This document shows positions 48,998 through 61,430 of a DNA stretch of 64,000 nucleotides, in pieces. Source of the stretch: Macrostomum lignano (lineage: Eukaryota); NCBI GenBank assembly GCA_002269645.1, contig NIVC01002502.1, positions 1 through 64,000 on the forward strand, given 5' to 3'. Positions within the stretch are counted from its first letter, which is position 1, and each line of letters begins with the position of its first letter. The position numbers and the translations under genes are program-made. Under the pieces are notes generated by a model, which had not been told where the DNA came from, did not search any database, and worked only from the letters and a program-made list of their open reading frames with translations.

Positions 48998-49581
48998 TTC
49001 TAGAATTAGGACTTGCTATTATTGTTTTGTTGTAAAGGTTTTGGCTATTTTAGTTGTATTAGACCCTTTTGTATCAATAAATTATATTATACCAATATTC
49101 AAAAGTAGGAGTGTCTTTTTACTTAGGCACATAACAGTTATCAAATGCAATAAAAACACAAAAAGTAACTTTAAAATATTATTAGTCTCTGTACAGTAAA
49201 AAGTACAGTTGTATTATTAATGTTCTTATAGGCCTGCTTTTTATTGGATAATACTGGTTCTGGCATTGCATCACAATAACCTATGGTTGTGAATTATTAC
49301 TAGGTCATTACATGTGCACAACCTGTTAAATAACACCAGCTATGCAACTTAGTTAAAAGATAAACAAATCCTTAATTGATTGTCCTTTTTTCCTTAAGTA
49401 ATAATTTTTCTTTGGTCTAATAGTTATGTTCTGTAACAATCAAAACATTTATTGATTGTTTTTAATGGACAATTCTAATAAAGTTTTTAGGTAAACTATG
49501 CAAATAGTGGCTCAATTGTCTCATTAGATATCTCCTCAACTCTACAGCTTCATAATGTCCTTCGCTTCTCCCTTTTCTTAG

Positions 49582-51043
49582 AAACGCGGCGCTGCCAGCA
49601 AGCAGCGGCAACAGAGCGGCGGCGGCGGTACAGCCGCTTCAAAAAAGAAGTCGGCCTCCTCAGCCTCTAGCGACCTGCAGGCCTGGTGCGTGTGCCGATC
49701 TACCGACATTGACAGATTTATGATCGCCTGCGACAAATGTGAGGAGTGGTACCACGGCGACTGCATCGGGGTCAGCTCGAAGGACGCGGCCGCTATTAAC
49801 AAGTTCTATTGTTCAAAGTGCTTGAAAAAGCATCCGGGCTTGGCTATTCAGTATAAGAAAGGCCGGGCGCCGGTTGCCGTCGCTCAGACTGGCTCAGCCT
49901 CCCGGAAGCGCGGCCAGTCCCAGCAGGCCGGCTCCGAGGACAAGAAAACCGCTGCGGCCAGTTCTGCGAAGGCTTCAAAATCCGGCGCTAATCACAGCGG
50001 CCAGCCAGCAGCCAAGCGCAAGCGGGCATCCGAGGCGGCAGCAGCGGCATCGGCGCCGACTCCGCCAGCCAGAGGAAGAAAGAGAAAATCGGCGGCGACC
50101 ACCGATTCAACTTCTAAACAGGCCGCTGCAGTTGCTGCCGCTTCTAACGCCGCCGCTCCGGCTGGTGAGCCCAAGAAGCGCGGCCGCCGGGCCGCCAGTG
50201 CCGGCAAGCAGCAGCAACAACAACAGCAGGCAACAAAAAACTCACGGAAGCAGCAACAGCCGTCGATGCCAGCGCTGGTGCCCAATGCCAATGAGGATGA
50301 GGACGAAGACGATTTCGGGCTGCCGCAGGCGGAGGACCTTCTGCTGCCCGCCGAGCGCCGCAGCCGCTCCTCGGCCGCTTCGTCCACCGAGACCGACGAC
50401 GATCATCGGCGCGGCATCTCCGACGACGACGACGACTCCGACGACTCGGATTTGGACGATGACGACATTGACGATGGGTTGGGCGTTGGCGGCGCTGGCG
50501 ACGGCCCAGCTGCCAGACGCTGCGGCCGGTGCGCGCCCTGCCTTCGGGTCAGCGACTGCGGCCGCTGCGACTTCTGTTTGGACATGCCGAAATACGGCGG
50601 CAGGAATCGCCTGCTGGAGCGGCAGCGCTGCCGCATGCGCCAGTGCGTAACGCTCGACTTAGCGCTCAACGCCGCAGGTCGTCGCCGACGTCGCAAAGCC
50701 GCCGCCGTCCGGCCGTCCGGGCCGGGCCGGGCTGCCAGGCAGCCGGCCGCAGCCACCTCCGCCAGCCTCTGGTCCGACACTCCCGTGCCCTACGCTCTGC
50801 CCTACGCCGACCACACCTACTGCCGGCATCACGGTCGCGGCGGAACCGCTGCTACATCCGCCGGTGCCGCTGCAGGGCTGCCGCCTCCGCCAGCCCCCCG
50901 CCGCGACGGGAGCCGTGGCGTCCAGTTCGCGCAAATCCGCCTTGACCGCCGCCGCTGCCGCCGCCGACATGGTTGGATTCTACACTCTGCATCCGGAGTC
51001 TGACAATCTCGACATCACCTGGCCCAAGGATGCTGACGCGGAA
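49582..51043 (+). CDS. CXXC1: PHD-finger + CXXC zinc-finger protein (CXXC1/Cfp1-like), large exon; apparent +1 frameshift at the C6 run 50894-50899
   Basis: Acceptor TTTTCTTAG|AAA. PHD: CVCRSTDIDRFMIACDKCEEWYHGDC...FYCSKC. Acidic tract. CXXC: RRCGRCAPC...DCGRCDFCLDMPKYGG...CRMRQC. Donor GAA|GTATAA. Confidence 0.85.
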
Positions 51044-51904
51044 GTATAAGCTATTCTATATCTGCTGCTTTAACTAGTTGTTGCATGATATTGTCTTGAA
51101 AAGTCAGCAGCACATATTATACTGACTCATTCACTCACTCAGCTCGCTTACCCGCCCTGGAGACTGTTATAAGGACGTAATATTGCATTACTTTACCGTT
51201 TTTTTGTAACTGTTTTGATCGGCAGCTGCTCCCTGCATTGACCTGTCTCCTCCCTCTCCCCCTCCCCCCCCCCCTGTCAAAGGGAGATTTTGTCATTAAT
51301 ATCTGTCTCTCGTGTTTGTTTGTAGCCATCTTTTTTTACTTGCTGTTTTTATTCATGTCTGAATCGCTGGTTGCTTTTGCACAGGAGAGTCGCTATTTTG
51401 CTTCAGATGCCGCTAGAGGCTCTGCTTGGCGTTAATGAAGTGTGATTTATTGTTATTGACCTTGGCATCTTTGCAAGCTATTGAAGGGGGAAGTACGCGA
51501 TTACCTAGTTTGTTTGTCAATTCATTAACTATTAGCTATTGTATATATTCCTCTGATTGTTGTTATATTTCTCCTGTTATATATCTTTTCTATCTTCTTA
51601 GGCGTCCGCGTCCTCTCGGTCAGTTCGTTGGCAGCAAGATAACATTTTTTGGGGAGTTTCATTGAATGCCTAATAATTGATGTATGATTGTTTTGCTTGC
51701 TGCACAGTGATAAATAGCGCTTTAATTAATATTAGTATGAGGTCTGTTGCATACAAGTTTGGACATCCAGATGAGCTGAGATTTCAGTCACAACTCCTTG
51801 CGCATCTGCTCCATTGAATGGTGGTGAATTGAGTGGTCTCCGTCACTGTTGTCAGACTGAAGTGCTGTTGGATCTTCTTTGATCCCATAGAGCTCTTCTT
51901 TTAT

Positions 51905-52215
51905 GGTCGATGCATTGCTTGGGTGGAGTAGTCGGGTTCACGATTTGAAGGTTGGGGGTTCGATTCCCGATCCCACTCGGAACAATTAGTGTCCTTGAGA
52001 AAAGGCACTTAACTCTGCATTGCTTCAGTTCACCCAGCTGTAAAATGGGTGCCAGCATTAGCTGGGGTAATTGAGGGGTGTGTAGCGACCCCCCAGTCCT
52101 TGGACTGAACAGCCGTAGACAGCCTTCAGAAGCGCCGCGCAATAGCTGCGGCTGAGCTGTCGGTTGCATATATCGCCCAACTGGGGTAGATGAAATCAAT
52201 TGTTATTGTTATTGG
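51905..52215 (+). mobile_element. tRNA-derived SINE with CORE-like central domain
   Basis: A-box-like TGGAGTAGTCGG and B box GGTTCGATTCC. GTGTCCTTGAGAAAAGGCACTTAAC...CAGCTGTAAAATGGG resembles the MIR/CORE domain. (ATTGTT)n tail. Confidence 0.7.
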
Positions 52216-53014
52216 TGCCTGCACTGCACTGCATTCCTCTCAGCAAGTTGGCTAGATGGAGTTGTGGCTAAAATTTCAAGTACTCTGGCAACAGCCCTGG
52301 CATATGTTTATCTATTGTTTACGTTTGTGTATATATTATGCGTAATTACTCTGCAATTGGTGTCCTTTTTAATTAATGTAATTACTTAATTAGTTTATTA
52401 TCAAGCATTATTTACTTTATCACCATTTTGACTCTTATTTTTACACAGTTGCCTAATTCATTTTACATTTGACCCGGAGTGACCCCTATCGTTATTATTT
52501 TTATTAATATTATTATTTTACCTGTCGTCTCTCCATGCTGCCTGTATGATTGTTTAAAATATTGAATCTGAAACTTCGTTCTGTACATCTATTAACACGA
52601 GAATGGCCATTCTTTAATATCCTTTATATACTACTCATCTAGTGTCCCCAGCTCTATAGCGTAAATATGCGTATTGCACACACTCAAGATCGTGTTATCA
52701 GCTGTTTTGTCTCTAAATATATTGCATAAATAATAATTAAATTCATACTTCAATATACATATATATTCAACTACTACAGAAGAGTCAATTAATTTTCATA
52801 TTTTTCCTCTCATTTAATTTAAAAATAGTATTATTTGCGCGTTGTCTTTAAATATAAGAAATTGCCTGTTAAAAATCAAGGTTGTTAATCTTAATGATTT
52901 ACGCGCAGTTGTAAATCCGGGGTGTCTGCGGCTACCGATGATCCAGTGGGCCTTCCTTCAGTATGCTGCGGCGTTTCTCTGCAAGCATTTGAAGTTTTTA
53001 CAGTGTATGATTGC

Positions 53015-54130
53015 TTTGATCTCAGTTTGATCAGGGTGATCTCAGTTTGATCAGGGTGATCTCAGTTTGACAGGGTGATCTCAGTTTTATCAAGGTGATC
53101 TCAGTTTGATCAGGGTGATCTCAGTTTTATCAGGGTGATCTCAGTTTGATCAGGGTGATCTCAGTTTGATCAGGGTGATCTTAGTTTGATCAGGGTGATC
53201 TCAGTTTGATCAGGGTGATCTCAGTTTTATCAGGGTGATCTCAGTTTGATCAGGGTGATCTCAGTTTGATCAGGGTGATCTTAGTTTGATCAGAGGGTTC
53301 TCAGTTTGATCAGGGTGATCTCAGTTTGATGAGGGTGTTCTCAGTTTGATCAGAGCGTTCTCAGTTTGATCAGGGTGATCTCAGTTTTATCAGGGTGATC
53401 TCAGTTTGATCAGGGTGATCTCAGTTTGATCAGGGTGATCTTAGTTTGATCAGGGTGATCTCAGTTTGATCAGGGTGATCTCAGTTTTATCAGGGTGATC
53501 TCAGTTTGATCAGGGTGATCTCAGTTTGATCAGGGTGATCTTAGTTTGATCAGGGTGATCTCAGTTTGATCAGGGTGATCTTAGTTTGATCAGGGTGATC
53601 TCAGTTTGATCAGGGTGATCTTAGTTTGATCAGAGGGTTCTCAGTTTGATCAGGGTGATCTCAGTTTGATGAGGGTGTTCTCAGTTTGATCAGAGGGTTC
53701 TCAGTTTGATCAGGGTGATCTCAGTTTGATCAGAGGGTTCTCAGTTTGATCAGGGTGATCTCAGTTTGATCAGGGTGACCTCAGTTTGATGAGGGTGTTC
53801 TCAGTTTGATCAGAGGGTTCTCAGTTTGATCAGGGTGATCCCAGTTTGATCAGAGGGTTCTCAGTTTGATCAGGGTGACCTCAGTTTGATGAGGGTGTTC
53901 TCAGCCTGATCAGGGGTGATCTCAGTTTGAGCAGGGTGATCTCAGTTTGATCAGGGTGATCTCAGTTTGATCAGAGGGTTCTCAGTTTGATCAGGGTGAC
54001 CTCAGTTTGATCAGGGTGATCTCAGTTTGATCAGGGTGATCTCAGTTTGATCAGGGTGACCTCAGTTTGATCAGGGTGACCTCAGTTTGATCAGGATGAT
54101 CTCAGTTTGATCAGGGTGACCTCAGTTTTC
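53015..54130. repeat. 20-bp minisatellite (TCTCAGTTTGATCAGGGTGA)n
   Basis: Read directly. Confidence 0.95.
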
Positions 54131-54568
54131 GGCTTCCACGTTTCTCCAGTTTCTTCTTCCGCACCCCCTCCAGTTTCTTCTTCCGCACCCCCTCCAGTTT
54201 CTGCTTCCAAATTCCCCCTAGCAACGTACGCAGCGCATTTCGCTCCTCGCGCATCCGCTTCAAACTGCTGGCCAGCTGGCGCAGCCGCTCAGCCCGGTTG
54301 TCCGGCCGCGGCAGCCGCATGACGTCCCAGGCGCTGGCGACGCCTTTGTCGTCCAGCCAACGAATCATGCGCAGCGGCCGCGGCAGCTCCCGCCCATTGC
54401 CGCCTCTGTTGTCGTTGTCGGCGGATGCCGTCTGCTGCGACAGGTGAACGCCGTGCTGCCAGATGTGCGAGCAGCTGACGGAGAGCGACACGAGCAGGTC
54501 GAGGGCAATCTGGGCGAGCTTGCTGCTGATGCTGATGAGGGCTGCCAGCAGGAGCACCGCCATGGGCA
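54111..54568 (-). CDS. Exon B of an unidentified gene (hydrophobic segment then coiled-coil-like region); 3' end uncertain
   Basis: GC-rich island; acceptor CCCGCAG|TG; phase 1 joins exon A as G|TG (Val). Confidence 0.6.
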
Positions 54569-54854
54569 CTGCGGGCGGGTGGAAGTGCTTTGGCTTGGCT
54601 GGCTTTGAGAATGGCGGATTTAAAAATAAGGAAATTGAATAATGGAAAGTTTTGTTACAATGGTAGATTGATTTTTGAAAAATAGCATATTGATGTTGAA
54701 AATGGCAAATTGATTTCTTAAAAATGGCAGATCGGTATTGAAAACTGGCAGATTGCTGTTAAAAAGGGCAGATTGGTATTGAAAAATGGCAGATTAATAT
54801 TAAAAATGGCAGATTGGTATTGAAGATGGCAGATTTATATAGAAAAAATGGCAT

Positions 54855-55209
54855 TTTTTTTAGAGGCAGGGGGTTGTGTGCACCCTGGCGCAATTTAAGC
54901 GTCATTGGCGCACAACCGGCGAGAGGCATTACTGCCCATTCCGCCGAATCCCCTGAGCAGGCACACAAGCGCGCGGATACGTTACGCAGGCACACACTCA
55001 CACAGGAGTGTACAGCGGCCCTAACTTTATTAGTTGTTAGGCATGTACACTTCACTGCGCCTTGGGGGTTGGCTCTCAAGGCCGTTAATTGCACAAGCGA
55101 GCCAAGCCGAAATTCCAATTCAGCCCCAAATTAATGTGGCTGCACTTGGAATCGAGCCTGGGTCGCGGCACACCAGAGCAGCTGCGCTACCGCTGGGCTA
55201 CGGCCCCCC
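54855..55209 (-). mobile_element. tRNA-derived SINE with poly(A) tail, inserted in a 21-bp AAAAATGGCAGATTG-type array
   Basis: Minus strand GGGGCCGTAGCCCAGCGGTAGCGC...GGCTCGATTCC (A and B boxes). T-run at 54855-54861. 13-bp TSD GAAAAAATGGCAT at 54842-54854 and 55210-55222. Confidence 0.75.
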
Positions 55210-55348
55210 GAAAAAATGGCATATTGATATTGAAAAGGAGAGATTGATATTGAAAAATGGCAGATTGATTTGTTTAAAACGCAGACTATTTTGTCTGTGC
55301 CAGTGCCCAAACACGCCTGTGATTACGCAAGCAGTCAGCCGGCCTCAC

Positions 55349-55562
55349 CAACAATCATGATGGTCTCGAAGGTGCTCCATTGCTGCATGTAGGCCAGCCT
55401 GGAATTGCTGCTGAATATGGCGTAAAAATCCGGCATCAAACGATCGATGGAGCCAAGCCTCCCGTCGCCCTCTCTGAGCTGGAACAGGTTCTTCCGCTGG
55501 GCCACATTACGCATCAGATCGATGGCTTTGTTCTCCAGCTCCTTCCGTTTCTCCTCGTCCAT
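55349..55562 (-). CDS. Exon A of the unidentified gene (MDEEKRKELENKAIDLMR...)
   Basis: Open frame with donor G|GTGAGG; phase-compatible with exon B. Confidence 0.6.
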
Positions 55563-55924
55563 GCCAAGTTTATTGCTTGCTGTATCTATTGTTATTAAAA
55601 CAATTGTTTGTCTGAGGATTTTTTGGTAATTTACAAGCGTCGTTGCTCGCTTATATTATGACACTCTTTCTTTCATTAGCTCGTATCATCCGCTGCCCCC
55701 GACCCCACCCGACCATAGACGGTCATTTAGCCAACGCTTGAAATATGTTTCAACTTATGCTACTGTCAGTAGAGCTGAACGCTTGTTTCAATGTCAGAGT
55801 GCGTCTGGCGTTACTGGTTTTTTGGCTTTGGCTTACTTTATCAATCTGTAGTTTGTCTCCCTATTGTGTCTGAGGTCTGCCTTCCTTGTGTCAGTAATCT
55901 GCGCGTCTTGTGTCTGTAATCTGT

Positions 55925-57120
55925 CTGCCTTAGTCTTTGATCTGTCTGCCTTGTGTCTGTGATCTGTCCATCCGTCTTGTGTCTGTAATTGATCTCCGTT
56001 GTGTCTTTGATCTGTCTGCCTTGTGTCTGTGATCTGTCCATCCGTCTTGTGTCTGTAATTGATCTCCGTTGTGTCTTTGATCTGTCTGCCTTGTGTCTGT
56101 GATCTGTCCATCCGTCTTGTGTCTGTAATTGATCTCCGTTGTGTCTTTGATCTGTCTGCCTTGTGTCTGTGATCTGTCCATCCGTCTTGTGTCTGTAATT
56201 GATCTCCGTTGTGTCTTTGATCTGTCTGCCTTGTGTCTGTGATCTGTCCATCCGTCTTGTGTCTGTAATTGATCTCCGTTGTGTCTTTGATCTGTCTGCC
56301 TTGTGTCTGTGATCTGTCCATCCGTCTTGTGTCTGTAATTGATCTCCGTTGTGTCTTTGATCTGTCTGCCTTGTGTCTGTGATCTGTCCATCCGTCTTGT
56401 GTCTGTAATTGATCTCCGTTGTGTCTTTGATCTGTCTGCCTTGTGTCTGTGATCTGTCCTTCCGTCTTGTGTCTGTAATTGATCTCCGTTGTGTCTTTGA
56501 TCTGTCTGCCTTGTGTCTGTGATCTGTCCATCCGTCTTGTGTCTGTAATTGAAATCCGTTGTGTCTTTGAACTGTCTGCCTTGTGTCTGTGATCTGTCCA
56601 TCCGTCTTGTGTCTGTAATTGATCTTCGTTGTGTCTTTGATCTGTCTGCCTTGTGTCTGTGATCTGTCCATCCGTCTTGTGTCTGTAATTGATCTTCGTT
56701 GTGTCTTTGATCTGTCTGCCTTGTGTCTGTGATCTGTCCATCCGTCTTGTGTCTGTAATTGATCTCCGTTGTGTCTTTGATCTGTCTGCCTTGTGTCTGT
56801 GATCTGTCCATCCGTCTTGTGTCTGTAATTGATCTCCGTTGTGTCTTTGATCTGTCTGCCTTGTGTCTGTGATCTGTCCATCCGTCTTGTGTCTGTAATT
56901 GATCTCCGTTGTGTCTTTGATCTGTCTGCCTTGTGTCTGTGATCTGTCCATCCGTCTTGTGTCTGTAATTGATCTCCGTTGTGTCTTTGATCTGTCTGCC
57001 TTGTGTCTGTGATCTGTCCATCCGTCTTGTGTCTGTAATTGATCTCCGTTGTGTCTTTGATCTGTCTGCCTTGTGTCTGTGATCTGTCCATCCGTCTTGT
57101 GTCTGTAATTGATCTCCGTT
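55925..57120. repeat. 70-bp satellite, about 17 near-identical copies, built from three GATCT...TTGTGTCT subunits
   Basis: Unit counted directly (22+30+18 bp). Confidence 0.95.
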
Positions 57121-57545
57121 GTGTCTATGATCTGTTCCCCTTGTGTCTATGATCTGTTATGATCTGTTCCCCTTGTGTCTATGATCTGTTCCCCTTGTGT
57201 CTATGATCTGTTATGATCTGTTCCCCTTGTGTCTATGATAAGTGTCTATGATCTGTTCCCCTTGTGTCTATGATCTGTTATGATCTGTTCCCCTTGTGTC
57301 TATGATAAGTGTCTATGATCTGTTCCCCTTGTGTCTATGATCTGTTATGATCTGTTCCCCTTGTGTCTATGATCTGTGTCTATGATCTGTTCCCCTTGTG
57401 TCTATGATCTGTTATGATCTGTTCCCCTTGTGTCTATGATCTGTGTCTATGATCTGTTCCCCTTGTGTCTATGATCTGTTATGATCTGTTCCCCTTGTGT
57501 CTATGATCTGTTCCCTTGTGTCTATGATCTGTTCCCCTTGTGTCT
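57120..57545. repeat. 22-bp repeat (GATCTGTTCCCCTTGTGTCTAT)n with short spacers
   Basis: Read directly. Confidence 0.9.
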
Positions 57546-57599
57546 GAGGTCCCCCTCCATTGTCTCTGTCTTTCTCTCTTGAGTTTGTGGTAAGCCTCC

Positions 57600-59232
57600 C
57601 TTGTCTGTGGTCTGCCTCAGCCATTGTGTCTGTGGTCTGCCTCACCGATTGTGTCTGTGGTCTGCCTCACCTATTGTGTCTGTGGTCTGCCTCACCGATT
57701 GTGTCTGTGGTCTGCCTCACCGATTGTGTCTGTGGTCTGCCTCACCTTTTGTGTCTGTGGTTTGTCTCACCGATTGTGTCTATGGCCATTCCAACTGCAA
57801 TTCTCAAGTCTAAAGAGGTGCGAGGGCCCTCAACTCTTGTGCGAATGTGAAAAATGCCGAGAAAGTGCAGCGTCTTTAACTGAAGATCAAACTATAACTC
57901 AGAAGAGAGCCGAACAAAGATATTTTCTTTTCCTCGAGATGCACAAGAACGAGAGCGTTGGAGACAACCCTACCAGATATTTTGGAGGTAAGAAAGCGAC
58001 ACCCCCATGTTGAAGACATGAAAGACCGAAGGATCTGCCTTCTGTCTTCTCTGGCTTTCCCTTTGCGTGCTTCATACAGACGCAAGGTCGCAGATTGCTA
58101 GCTTGAGGCAGATTGCTACAAAAGGCTAATGAGCGAATTTCAGGAGAAACCTAAATTCCTTAAAGTTTTCGTTTTTGAAAAAAAATTTAAAAAATTGAAA
58201 AATTTATGGCATTTGGGTTCCTCCTTGTTGCCTTAGTTCCCTTATACACCAAAACAGGTTTTTAAACTTTTTCCTCTTGTGCTTATCTCACATGCTTAAA
58301 TATATGTGCCCCAGTTTTTCCTATACAGGTCCTTATATGAGTTCCTCCTCAAATAAGCTATATACACCATGCTAAGTTTAAACATTTTCTTCGTGAAATA
58401 TCTCACGCTCTTAAATGTACGTCATTGCGCTCTGTACGCCCGTTTTTTACGACTTAAATAAAACAGAAAACATATTTAAAAATGAATAAAAAAACTTTTC
58501 GACAACCTACGGAACCTTTTAAAGCAAAATTAATAATGTGGTCTTTTCAGCGGCTGATCGTAATGCATTTAATGCATGAAAAACTTGGCGCCCATAGACT
58601 TAAACGAGCCCCTACCTTTTTTACCATGATTTGGCTCGTTTCGCGTCTCGAGTGTTTTAGTTTTCCCTGGGTCTGCCTCACCGATTGTGTCTGTGGTCTG
58701 CCTCACCGATTGTGTCTGTTGTCTGCCTCACCGATTGTGTCTGTGGTTTGCCTCACCGATTGTGTCTGTGGTTTGCCTCACCGATTGTGTCTGTGGTTTG
58801 CCTCACCGATTGTGTCTGTGGTCTGCCGCACCGATTGTGTCTGTGGTCTGCCTCACCGATTGTGTCTGTGGTCTGCCTCAACGATTGTGTCTGTGGTCTG
58901 CCTCACCGATTGTGTCTGTGGTCTGCCTCACCGATTGTGTCTGTGGTCTGCCTCACCGATTGTGTCTGTGGTTTGCCTCACCGATTGTGTCTGTGGTCTG
59001 CCTCACCGATTGTGTCTGTGGTTTGCCTCACCGATTGTGTCTGTGGTCTGCCTCAGCCATTGTGTCTGTGGTCTGCCTCACCGATTGTGTCTGTGGTCTG
59101 CCTCACCGATTGTGTCTGTGGTTTGCCGCACCGATTGTGTCTGTGGTCTGCCTCACCGATTGTGTCTGTGGTCTGCCTCACCGATTGTGTCTGTGGTCTG
59201 CCTCACCGATTGTGTCTGTTGTCTGCCTCACC
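57600..59232. repeat. 25-bp minisatellite (TGTGTCTGTGGTCTGCCTCACCGAT)n, split by a ~890-bp non-repeat insert (57782-58668)
   Basis: The same unit occurs at 57600-57780 and 58669-59232. Confidence 0.9.
57854..58060 (+). pseudogene. Dead THAP-domain fragment (P-element/THAP9-like transposase N-terminus)
   Basis: Hand translation: MPRKCSVFN*RSNYNSEESRTKIFSFPRDAQERERW. TGA at 57881 sits where the second Cys of the THAP CxxxxC motif is expected. Frameshift after the W. Confidence 0.6.
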
Positions 59233-60389
59233 CATATGAGCTTTAATGAAGTTGATTAACGCTTTAATTTATTGAATTTATTGATAGTTTCACTTTAGAT
59301 TCTCCAGGGGATAACTAAAAGCTACAAGACCCAGCCGCGTCCCCTGAAGTCGCGGTCTTTAACTTGACTCGGATCTCTCAGAGAATCAGCTCGTAAGGGA
59401 AAAGCAGCTGAGAACCAGTGAGTGACTGGACATTTGTCCCCGACAAGATCGATCTGGCAAGGCTCGATCAGCCGCCCCCGCCATCGCACCACAGCGGCCG
59501 CCCGCCACCCCATCTGCGATCCCCTAACGAATGCTAATCTCATTCCGTTGCTGCTGCAACTCAATCCCATTAAGTCCTGCAGTTCCCGTTCTGTCTCTCC
59601 CGGCTCTCATGGTTATGCATGCATTGCCGGTCAAGACTCTCAATCTGCAGGCAGTTTGCATCGCCCCAGAGTCAAGCTCATGGATCATAGGGGAGGCTGT
59701 GCCGACTCAAGCTGCTCAGCAAAGAATTGAGAGATGGACAAATCATGTACAAGTTTGTGTGCAAGAATAATGAAAACTGTGACTGTGGCCTTGATGCTGA
59801 TTAGCAGCCATGGGGACCAACCTCCAAGGCACAGAGATGAGAGAGAGATATTGTATGAGCAGAATTATCCCAGAAGCGCAGGCTGTGACTCACAGACTTA
59901 AACATGAAGTTTAAATATTTCGGCCTTCAAATTACATTTCTCTCAACAATCCGTGAACGCCAGGCCCATATATATTTATATTCCTCAGGCCAAAAGCAGA
60001 ACTTTAATAGGGAGAAAAGCGAGCCATAAGAGATTCTATGAAATGATCCATTGCAGCACTATTAGGGATGAATAGCCACTAGGATCAAGTTTGTTATGAT
60101 TTATATAATAAATATCAATTTAGCCCCGCTCTGCCCCGCCCAGGGAATCGATAGAAGAGAAGCTGGAGCTGAGGAAAGATGGAGCCAGTAACCCTCTCTG
60201 GGAGATCTCAATTTTCCATCGGATGGCTCGGTCCGCCCCCGCTCCAGAAAATGCATTCGAATTCCCGTGTTTTGGAAAGCAATTTTCCCCCGGCCATAAA
60301 TCAGCATGACACCCTCACTCCTGGCGTTTGTGTCAATATTATTTAGATGGGTTTGAAACAGTTTTGTCCTGATCCTTCTTCACCTCTCC

Positions 60390-60623
60390 AACATCTCTCT
60401 CCCTCTCCTCTTTCCTCTTCTCTCCCCCTCTACCCCCTCCACTCCGATCTCCCTCTCTCTCTCTTCTCTCTTCCACTCCCTCTCCCACTATCCCGCTCCC
60501 ACTATCTCTTTCTACCTCTCTCCCTCTCCCTCTCTCCATCTCCCTCTCTCCCTCTCCTCTCTCTCTCTCCCCTCTCTCTCTTTATCTCTCTCTCTCCTAC
60601 TCCCTCTCTCCTTCTCCCTCTCT

Positions 60624-60718
<95 letters not shown>

Positions 60719-61430
60719 CTCTCCTACTTTCTCTCTCCCTGTGTCTCTCTCTCCCCCCTCTCTCTTTCTCTCTGCCCCTCTCCTCTCTACCTCTCCCTCT
60801 TTCTCTCCCCTTTCCTCTCCCCTCTCCTCTCCCTCTCTCTCTTTCCCCCTTTCCTCTCCCCCACTCCTCTTCCCCTCTCCTCTCTCCCTCTCCCCCCTCT
60901 CTCTCTCTCCTTCTCTCATACTCTCCCTCTCCCTCTCTCCTCTCTTCTCTCTCCTTCTCTCCCTCTCTCTCCCCCTCTCCTCTCTCCCTCTCCCCCCTCT
61001 CTCTCTCTCCTTCTCTCCTACTCTCCCTCTCCCCCTCTCCCTCTCTCCTTCTCTCCCTCTCTCTCCCCCTCTCCTCTCTCACTCTCCTTCTCTCTCTCTC
61101 CTTCTCTCCTACTCTCTCTCTCCCTCTGCCCCCCCTCTCTCTCTCTCTCTCACTCACTCTCCCCTCCATCTCTCTCTCTCTTTCTCTCTCTCTCCCTCTC
61201 TCCCTCTCTCCCTCTCTCCCTCTCTCCCTCTCCCCCTCTCTCTCCTCTCTCTCACTCACTCTCCCCTCCATCTCTCTCTCTCTCCCTCTCTCTCACTCTC
61301 TCTCTTTCTCTCCCTCTCTCTCTCTCTCTTTCTCTCTTTCTCTCTCTCTCCTTCTCTCCTACTCTCTCTCTCCCTCCCTCCCTCTCTCCCTCTCCCCCCC
61401 TCTCTCCCTCTCCTCTCTCCCTCTGTTTTA
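60390..61430. repeat. CT-rich polypyrimidine tract including (CT)n
   Basis: Read directly. Confidence 0.95.

Noticed and set aside
55138-55209. tRNA gene
   Set aside because: The acceptor stem is poor, and the sequence continues into a body with poly(A) and a TSD, so it is better explained as a SINE head.
55833-57091. 372-416-aa ORFs with a 70-aa repeat
   Set aside because: Three passes of a stop-free 70-bp satellite; all three minus-strand frames give the same peptide.
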